Part shown: piece by piece, positions 26,809 to 33,042 of the stretch | Position numbering within the stretch: position 1 is the stretch's first letter | Layout: every line of letters begins with the position of its first letter | Assembly (NCBI GenBank): GCA_947625995.1 | Contig: CANQQN010000001.1 | Span: 1 to 33,042, forward strand | Direction of reading: 5' to 3' | Source: an uncultured Lachnospiraceae bacterium | GTDB taxonomy: Bacteria > Bacillota > Clostridia > Lachnospirales > Lachnospiraceae | DNA: 33,042 bases | Position numbers and translations under genes: made by a program | The notes under the pieces: generated by a model | Database searches by the model: none | What the model saw: the letters and a program-made list of their open reading frames with translations, nothing else | Told to the model about the DNA's origin: nothing

Positions 26809-27735
26809 ATGGATGAAATAAGAACAACAGGAAAAACAGTGGATGACGCCCTGACAGAAGCATTGATCCAGCTGGGAACCACAAGCGATCAGGTGGAATA
26901 TGATGTGATCGAAAAAGGAAGTCCGGGATTTTTCGGACTGGGCAGCAAGCTTGCGGTGATCGAGGTCAGAAGAAAGAAGCAGGAAAAAGCCGAATCAAAA
27001 GAGAAGAATTTCTATGAGGCGAAAGCCGGAAATTTTGAAAAAAAGAAAGCTCCTTATGAGACAAAAGCGGTAAAGGAAGAAAAGAAGGAAACTCCCTATG
27101 AGGCAAAAGCGGTAAAAGAAGAAAAGAAGGAAGTTCCCTATAAGACGAAAGCGGTAAAGGAAGAAAAGAAGGAAGCTCCTTATGAAGCAAAAACCAAAAA
27201 AGCGGAGGAATCCTTCAAAGTACCGGTAGCAGAGGAAACGGAGCAGAAGCCTGTAAAGCCGGTTACGCCTCTTGACGGGGAAAAAGTAAAGGAGCAGATC
27301 AACGCATTTCTCGGTGAAATATTCAAAATTATGAATATGGATGTTGACATCCAATATCAGATCGAAGAAGAAACAAGAATAGTAAGTATCGAAATGAAGG
27401 GCAGCGATATGGGTGTCCTCATCGGAAAAAGGGGACAGACTCTGGATTCCCTGCAGTATTTGATCAGCCTTGTGGTAAACAAAGATACCAACGAATATAT
27501 CCGCGTAAAGCTTGATACGGAGAATTACCGCAGAAGAAGACGCGCGACTCTTGAAAACCTTGCGAAAAATATTGCTTTCAAAGTTAAAAGAGAGAGAAAG
27601 CCCATTACTTTGGAGCCTATGAATCCGTATGAAAGAAGGATCATACATTCTGCGCTTCAAAATGACCGCTATGTGGAAACCCACAGCGAAGGCGCGGAGC
27701 CTTATAGAAGAGTTGTCGTATCTCTGAAAAAATAG
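26809..27735 (+). CDS. jag: RNA-binding protein Jag/KhpB (Jag_N + KH + R3H)
   Basis: N-terminal Jag domain (GKTVDDALTEAL), KH region (GVLIGKRGQTLDSLQYL) and R3H (YERRIIHSAL). It follows yidC, the canonical position. Confidence 0.9.
   Translation: MDEIRTTGKTVDDALTEALIQLGTTSDQVEYDVIEKGSPGFFGLGSKLAVIEVRRKKQEKAESKEKNFYEAKAGNFEKKKAPYETKAVKEEKKETPYEAKAVKEEKKEVPYKTKAVKEEKKEAPYEAKTKKAEESFKVPVAEETEQKPVKPVTPLDGEKVKEQINAFLGEIFKIMNMDVDIQYQIEEETRIVSIEMKGSDMGVLIGKRGQTLDSLQYLISLVVNKDTNEYIRVKLDTENYRRRRRATLENLAKNIAFKVKRERKPITLEPMNPYERRIIHSALQNDRYVETHSEGAEPYRRVVVSLKK
27049..27210 (+). repeat. In-frame 42-bp tandem repeat, 3 full copies plus 1 partial, inside jag
   Basis: Units at 27049-27090, 27091-27132 and 27133-27174 encode xPYExKAVKEEKKE. 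A fourth, diverged copy lies at 27175-27210 and a degenerate copy lies upstream. Confidence 0.85.
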
Positions 27736-27759
27736 CAGAAAGCAGATTGAAAAAGCGAA

Positions 27760-27813
27760 GGCAGAAACCATATACATCAGTTATGAAAATTGTATATGTG
27801 TTCTGCCTTTTTT
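27760..27813 (+). terminator. Rho-independent terminator after jag
   Basis: GGCAGAA..CATATACA / TGTATATG..TTCTGCC (7 + 8 bp with a 2x2 internal loop), followed by TTTTTT. Confidence 0.7.
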
Positions 27814-27840
27814 ACATAGGTTCAGAAAGGAGTCAGTCAC

Positions 27841-29214
27841 ATGGAGACAGATACCATTGCCGCTATTGCCACGGCAGCGGGAAACAGTGGCATCAGTATT
27901 ATCCGTATCAGCGGAGATGATGCGATCTCTATAGCGGATCAGGTTTTTGTTTCAAAAAGCGGCATGATGCTGTCTGATGCGGCCAGCCATTCTATGCATT
28001 ACGGTATAGTCCGAAAGGAACAAGAGGTCATTGATGAAGCTATGGCTGTGGTTATGCGCGCTCCAAAAAGCTATACCAAAGAAAATACGGTGGAGATCGA
28101 CTGCCATGGAGGTATGTTTGTGACGAAGAAGGTGCTGGAAGCCGTGATCGGTGCAGGCGCCCGCCCCGCAGAGCCGGGAGAATTTACAAAACGTGCTTTT
28201 TTGAATGGCAGGATCGACCTTTCCGAGGCAGAAGCGGTGATGGATGTGATCCGGGCCCAGAATGAGTTTGCCTTAAAAAGCGCGGTAAACCAGTTAAAAG
28301 GTTCTGTTTCCCATATGATCAGATCTGTCAGAGGGGATATTTTACAGGAGATCGCGTATATAGAAGCAGTGTTGGATGATCCGGAGCATATGAGCTTTGA
28401 AAATTATGATGAAGAGCTTACAGACAAGCTGGAAGGCTTTTTGGATCAGACAGAAAAGATCCTGCGTTCTTTTGAAAATGGACGTATGTTAACGGAAGGA
28501 ATCAAGACTGTGATCCTTGGAAAGCCAAATGCCGGAAAATCATCTGTTCTCAATGTGCTTCTTGGAGAAGAACGGGCGATTGTTACCGATATTGCAGGCA
28601 CTACAAGAGATGCGCTGGAGGAAACTATGACTTTGGAAGGGCTGACCCTTCGGATCATTGACACGGCAGGCATCAGAAAATCAGAGGACAAGGTAGAGAA
28701 AATAGGAATTGAACGGGCGAAGGCTTACGCAAAGGATGCGGATCTGGTTTTGTTTGTGGCGGACGCTTCCACTGCGCTTGGAGACGAAGATGATGAGATC
28801 CTGAAGCTTCTGGAAGATAAAAAAACCATTGTCCTGTTAAATAAGAGCGATCTGCCTCCGGTAACTACGGCCGATGAGATCCGGAAATTGTGCGACTATC
28901 CTATATTATCTGTTTCTGCCAAAGAAAAAACAGGAGTACAGGAATTGGGGAAGCTTTTGAAGAATCTGTTTTTCAAAGGAGAGATTTCCTTTAACGATCA
29001 GGTATATATCACCAATATACGGCAGAAAACGGCTATTGAGGAGGCAAAAAAAAGTCTGGAGCTTGTGCTTGAAAGCATAAACGCCCATGTTCCGGAGGAC
29101 TTTTATACCATTGACCTGATGAAAGCCTATGAGGAATTTGGAAAAGTGATCGGAGAAGCGGTTGGGGAGGATCTGATCAATGAAATCTTCGGAAAATTCT
29201 GTATGGGAAAATAA
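27841..29214 (+). CDS. mnmE: tRNA modification GTPase MnmE
   Basis: G1 motif GKPNAGKSS, G3 motif DTAGIR, NKSD, and the C-terminal FCMGK motif. Confidence 0.97.
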   Translation: METDTIAAIATAAGNSGISIIRISGDDAISIADQVFVSKSGMMLSDAASHSMHYGIVRKEQEVIDEAMAVVMRAPKSYTKENTVEIDCHGGMFVTKKVLEAVIGAGARPAEPGEFTKRAFLNGRIDLSEAEAVMDVIRAQNEFALKSAVNQLKGSVSHMIRSVRGDILQEIAYIEAVLDDPEHMSFENYDEELTDKLEGFLDQTEKILRSFENGRMLTEGIKTVILGKPNAGKSSVLNVLLGEERAIVTDIAGTTRDALEETMTLEGLTLRIIDTAGIRKSEDKVEKIGIERAKAYAKDADLVLFVADASTALGDEDDEILKLLEDKKTIVLLNKSDLPPVTTADEIRKLCDYPILSVSAKEKTGVQELGKLLKNLFFKGEISFNDQVYITNIRQKTAIEEAKKSLELVLESINAHVPEDFYTIDLMKAYEEFGKVIGEAVGEDLINEIFGKFCMGK

Positions 29215-29276
29215 CAGCATGGTCTTAAACCGGTTTTGAGGATCATACAGAGAGATATAAAGAGGTTTGACAGTTT

Positions 29277-31157
29277 ATGAACAGATTAGAAGAAACTTAT
29301 GATGTGGTTGTGGTTGGCGCCGGCCATGCCGGATGCGAGGCGGCGCTTGCCTGCGCAAGGCTCGGCTTGGAAACCATTGTGTTTACGGTCAGTGTGGACA
29401 GTATTGCCCTGATGCCGTGCAACCCAAATATCGGCGGTACTTCAAAAGGACATATCGTGCGGGAAGTGGACGCTCTTGGGGGTGAAATGGGAAAAAACAT
29501 TGACAAGACATTTATCCAGTCAAAAATGCTCAACCGTTCCAAAGGCCCCGCGGTACATTCCCTGCGGGCGCAGGCGGATAAGGCGGAGTATAGCCGCAGT
29601 ATGCGAAAAACATTGGAAAATACAGAACATCTCACGATTCGTCAGGCGGAGGTCACAAAGCTTTTGACGAAAGACAGACAAGTGACCGGTGTGGAAACCT
29701 ATTCCGGCGCCGTATATCACAGCAAGGCGGTAATCCTTTGCACCGGAACTTATCTGAGAGCCCGCTGTATCTACGGAGATGTGAGCACCCATACCGGGCC
29801 TAACGGCCTGCAGGCGGCAAACTATTTGACAGATTCCCTCAAAGAGCTTGGAATTGAAATGGTGCGTTTTAAAACGGGCACTCCTGCAAGGATCGACAGG
29901 CGTTCCATTGATTTTTCTGTTATGGAGGAACAGCTTGGAGATGAACGGGTCACGCCTTTTTCTTTTACAACGGACCCTGAAGATGTGCAGATCGATCAGG
30001 TTTCCTGCTGGCTTACCTATACCAACGAACGGACCCATGAGATCATCCGGCAGAATCTGGACCGCTCTCCTCTTTTTTCCGGCGTTATTGAAGGAACCGG
30101 TCCCCGCTACTGCCCTTCCATTGAGGACAAGGTGGTAAAATTCGCGGACAAGGACCGCCATCAAGTATTCATTGAGCCGGAGGGGCTTCATACCAATGAA
30201 ATGTATATCAGCGGCATGTCAAGCTCTCTTCCGGAGGATGTACAGCAGGCGATGTACCGTTCCGTAAAGGGGCTGGAAAACGCGAAGATCGTTAAAAATG
30301 CTTATGCCATTGAGTATGATTGCATTGATCCGAGACAATTGAACCCTACTTTGGAATTTAAGACTATTTCCGGCCTGTTCTGCGGCGGGCAGTTCAACGG
30401 CAGTTCCGGTTATGAGGAAGCTGCGGGTCAGGGGTTGATCGCCGGCATCAATGCGGCAAGAAAGATCATGGGGAAGGAGCAGATCATTCTGAAACGGTCT
30501 GACGGATATATCGGCGTGCTGATTGACGATCTGGTCACCAAGGAAAATACAGAACCCTACCGTATGATGACGTCCCGGGCGGAATACCGTCTGTTACTGA
30601 GGCAGGACAATGCGGACCAGCGTCTGACGCCCATTGGCCATGAGGTGGGACTGATCAGCGACGAACGGTACGAAAAGCTTTTGAAAAAGCAGGAATTGAT
30701 CCGGCGAGAGACAGAGCGTCTGGAACATACATTTGTAGGGACAAAAGAAGAAGTACAGTCTCTTCTCTCCTCTTTTGACAGTACGATCTTAAATGGCGGT
30801 TGTACGCTGGCGGATCTGATCCGCCGGCCGGAGCTTGATTATGAAAAGATCGCTTCTATTGATAAAGACCGGCCAAAGCTCCCTTTGGAAGTAACGGAGC
30901 AGGTAAATATCAATATTAAATACGACGGTTACATCAAAAGGCAGATGCGACAGGTAGAACAATTCAGAAAGCTGGAAAAGAAAAAGCTTCCGCAGGATCT
31001 TGACTATGGGCAGATCTCCGGGCTCAGGCTGGAAGCGCGCCAGAAGCTGAATCTTTACAAGCCGGTGTCGATTGGGCAGGCTTCCCGGATAGCAGGCGTT
31101 TCGCCGGCGGATATATCGGTACTGCTGGTGTATATGGAAGGAAAGAATACAATATGA
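29277..31157 (+). CDS. mnmG: tRNA uridine 5-carboxymethylaminomethyl modification enzyme MnmG (GidA)
   Basis: FAD-binding [11 protein letters not shown]-terminus, [11 protein letters not shown], and 626 aa. Confidence 0.97.
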   Translation: MNRLEETYDVVVVGAGHAGCEAALACARLGLETIVFTVSVDSIALMPCNPNIGGTSKGHIVREVDALGGEMGKNIDKTFIQSKMLNRSKGPAVHSLRAQADKAEYSRSMRKTLENTEHLTIRQAEVTKLLTKDRQVTGVETYSGAVYHSKAVILCTGTYLRARCIYGDVSTHTGPNGLQAANYLTDSLKELGIEMVRFKTGTPARIDRRSIDFSVMEEQLGDERVTPFSFTTDPEDVQIDQVSCWLTYTNERTHEIIRQNLDRSPLFSGVIEGTGPRYCPSIEDKVVKFADKDRHQVFIEPEGLHTNEMYISGMSSSLPEDVQQAMYRSVKGLENAKIVKNAYAIEYDCIDPRQLNPTLEFKTISGLFCGGQFNGSSGYEEAAGQGLIAGINAARKIMGKEQIILKRSDGYIGVLIDDLVTKENTEPYRMMTSRAEYRLLLRQDNADQRLTPIGHEVGLISDERYEKLLKKQELIRRETERLEHTFVGTKEEVQSLLSSFDSTILNGGCTLADLIRRPELDYEKIASIDKDRPKLPLEVTEQVNINIKYDGYIKRQMRQVEQFRKLEKKKLPQDLDYGQISGLRLEARQKLNLYKPVSIGQASRIAGVSPADISVLLVYMEGKNTI

Positions 31158-31888
31158 AAATAGAGTTGGAAAAATATGACCTTCAGAAATTTTCTGAAGG
31201 ATTGCGGGAGCTTGAGATCGATCTGTCTGAAAAACAGATGAAGCAGTTTATGATGTATTATGAGCTTCTAAATGAAAAAAACAAAGTAATGAATCTGACT
31301 GCCATCACGGAGTTTTCGGAAGTGATCAGTAAGCATTTTTTGGACAGCCTGTCTCTTGTGATGGCCGTGGAGCCGGAAGATCTGGAAACCGTGATCGACG
31401 TGGGGACCGGCGCCGGGTTTCCGGGAATCCCTTTGAAAATAGCGTATCCGAACCTAAAGATCACATTGGTAGATTCATTAAAAAAAAGGGTTGATTTTTT
31501 AAATGAAGTGATCCTGAAACTGGATTTGAAGGGGATTAAGGCCGTCCATGGACGGGCGGAAGATTTGGCAAGGGAGCAAAAATACAGAGAAAGCTTTGAC
31601 TTATGTGTATCTCGGGCGGTTGCTGCCCTGCCGGTGTTGTCGGAATACTGTCTTCCGTTTGTGGGAGAAGGGGGCCTGTTTGTGGCTTATAAGGCGAAGG
31701 ACGCAGAAGGAGAATGCAGGAGCGCCGAATCGGCGGTGGAACTGCTGGGAGGCGTTATTGCAGACATGGTTTTGTTTTCCCTGCCCGGAACAGATCTTGA
31801 CCGCGCCCTTGTGGTGATCGAAAAAGAAGGACATACACCAAAGGCATACCCGCGAAAAGCAGGTATGCCCGAAAAAAAACCGTTGTAA
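31154..31888 (+). CDS. rsmG: 16S rRNA (guanine527-N7)-methyltransferase RsmG (GidB)
   Basis: SAM-binding [15 protein letters not shown], with a 4-nt ATGA overlap with mnmG. Confidence 0.95.
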   Translation: MKIELEKYDLQKFSEGLRELEIDLSEKQMKQFMMYYELLNEKNKVMNLTAITEFSEVISKHFLDSLSLVMAVEPEDLETVIDVGTGAGFPGIPLKIAYPNLKITLVDSLKKRVDFLNEVILKLDLKGIKAVHGRAEDLAREQKYRESFDLCVSRAVAALPVLSEYCLPFVGEGGLFVAYKAKDAEGECRSAESAVELLGGVIADMVLFSLPGTDLDRALVVIEKEGHTPKAYPRKAGMPEKKPL

Positions 31889-31891
31889 AGA

Positions 31892-32839
31892 TCAGGATTC
31901 CAAAAAATCTTTCATAAGCGCCAACGTCTGCTCCGGCTTTTCCAGCTGGGGCAGTTGTTTTGTATGGGCTACGGTACGCAGCTGCAGCTTTGGCTGCAGT
32001 TTCCTGTAGGCCTTCATCACTGTTGAAATACCGGTCTTCTCTTCCCCTCCTATGATCTCTGTGGGTATGGAGATCTTTTCGAGAATATGAGCCACCGGCA
32101 TGTTGGTAAAGCCTGCGGCCATGCTGGCGAACAGGTATCTGGAATCAGAACCTGCCATATGCGCCCCTTCATAATAGGCATTTATATATTTTGCCGCGCA
32201 TTCGCGCTTATCATAGAAATATTCCTGATGAAATCTATCGCAGATACTTTGCAGGCTTACGCCGTGATTGTAGATGCAGGTACCAAATACAGGAAGTGAA
32301 ACCAGCGTCTTGTAAAGCTTTGTCTTTGCCGTGGGAAATACGGATAATTCCTCAAAGGAAGGCGGATTGATCAATAGCAGCTTTTCTGTAAGGGGCGTAT
32401 TTTGAGCGGCAAAATGCAGGACAAAAGAACAACTGGTGCCGCACGCGGCGATCGTGGCAGGCTCCTTTATGACTTCCTTGAAAAATCCCTCCAAAAACTG
32501 TACATACAAAAAGTTTGTATAGGTGATACGAGGCTTGTCAGAGCGGCCGCATCCGGGTAAGTCGATTGTATATACAGTATGTGATTTACTAAGTTGTTTA
32601 TTTATGCGGCTCCATTCATATCCGCTGCTCTCCGCCTGAAGATCATGGATCAGCAAAATGGGGCTTTCGGTTCCCTCTTTTGTATAGAATACTTTACCGA
32701 ATTTCCATTCGTAAAAGCTGCCGTCTTTTGTAGGAAGCAATTCTTTTACCAGCGCCAAAAAAAAGATCACTTTATTTGCCAAATGCAGCAGGATGGCGGT
32801 AATGGTAGTAAAAACCGCCATTTTTTTCAAAGATTTCAT
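31892..32839 (-). CDS. Alpha/beta-fold hydrolase family protein with an N-terminal membrane anchor
   Basis: ILLIHD...DLPGCGRSDKP block and a nucleophile-elbow-like CGTSCS. I chose the start at ATG 32839 (GGAGGTG RBS). The track ORF adds 31 hydrophobic low-complexity codons that I discount. Confidence 0.7.
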   Translation of the reverse strand: MKSLKKMAVFTTITAILLHLANKVIFFLALVKELLPTKDGSFYEWKFGKVFYTKEGTESPILLIHDLQAESSGYEWSRINKQLSKSHTVYTIDLPGCGRSDKPRITYTNFLYVQFLEGFFKEVIKEPATIAACGTSCSFVLHFAAQNTPLTEKLLLINPPSFEELSVFPTAKTKLYKTLVSLPVFGTCIYNHGVSLQSICDRFHQEYFYDKRECAAKYINAYYEGAHMAGSDSRYLFASMAAGFTNMPVAHILEKISIPTEIIGGEEKTGISTVMKAYRKLQPKLQLRTVAHTKQLPQLEKPEQTLALMKDFLES

Positions 32840-32882
32840 TAAGAATACACCTCCGTTGAAACAAAAAACTATTCTTGTTATC

Positions 32883-32911
32883 AGTATAAACGAAATCAGA
32901 AAAAGATACAA
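32883..32911 (-). promoter_or_regulatory. Possible promoter of the hydrolase gene (TTGTAT-17-TATACT)
   Basis: On the minus strand, TTGTAT (32911-32906), a 17-nt spacer, then TATACT (32888-32883). Confidence 0.25.
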
Positions 32912-33042
32912 GCAAAGAAATATAGATAACAAAAAAATTTTGGCAGATCCTAAGTGACAGAAACCGGGTTAAATACAGGAAACCCTTGCTTAAAAGAATC
33001 TCCGATGATAAAATATGAGATACAGCAGGCCGAATATAGGTT

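Noticed and set aside
27049-27210. Regularly spaced 42-bp repeats, considered as a possible CRISPR-like array
   Set aside because: The repeats are contiguous with no spacers, are in frame within jag, and encode a coherent peptide repeat. No cas genes are in the window.
26995-27777. A 260-aa minus-strand ORF antisense to jag
   Set aside because: It is a shadow ORF opened by the Lys/Glu-rich repeat codons on the sense strand. Its translation is Phe/Leu/Arg low complexity, whereas the sense strand encodes clear Jag_N/KH/R3H domains.
32950-33042. A 30-codon open frame on the minus strand entering from the right edge (…FIIGDSFKQGFPVFNPVSVT*)
   Set aside because: It is too short to distinguish from chance (roughly a one-in-four probability of being open) and has no recognisable motif. 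I leave it unannotated.

Overview
This window is the chromosomal replication-origin neighbourhood of a Firmicutes/Clostridia-type genome, judged from gene content and synteny. A DnaA-box cluster at about 24.43-24.55 kb sits between two divergent conserved blocks. On the minus strand run dnaA-dnaN-yaaA-recF-gyrB-gyrA, followed tightly by a two-subunit class I fumarate hydratase and plsC. On the plus strand run rpmH-rnpA-yidD-yidC-jag-mnmE-mnmG-rsmG. The left third holds tRNA-Lys and tRNA-Pro, trxA, trmB and a complete nine-gene V/A-type ATPase operon (G-like, C, I, K, F, E, A, B, D). That operon is followed by a DEDDh exonuclease with a zinc-ribbon tail, a small tyrosine-recombinase-like gene behind a heavily structured leader, and tRNA-Ser. 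Most of the window is ordinary, well-understood housekeeping DNA, and I see no CRISPR array, IS element, prophage or recognisable defence operon. Two loci deserve a second look. The first is the exonuclease / structured-RNA / degenerate-recombinase locus at 11.2-13.4 kb next to tRNA-Ser. The second is a roughly 490-bp stretch at 120-610 with no convincing ORF, next to the tRNA pair, containing a 13-bp-period triple repeat and a long GC-rich hairpin. All calls come from reading the sequence and ORF translations by eye. No database searches or folding computations were run.
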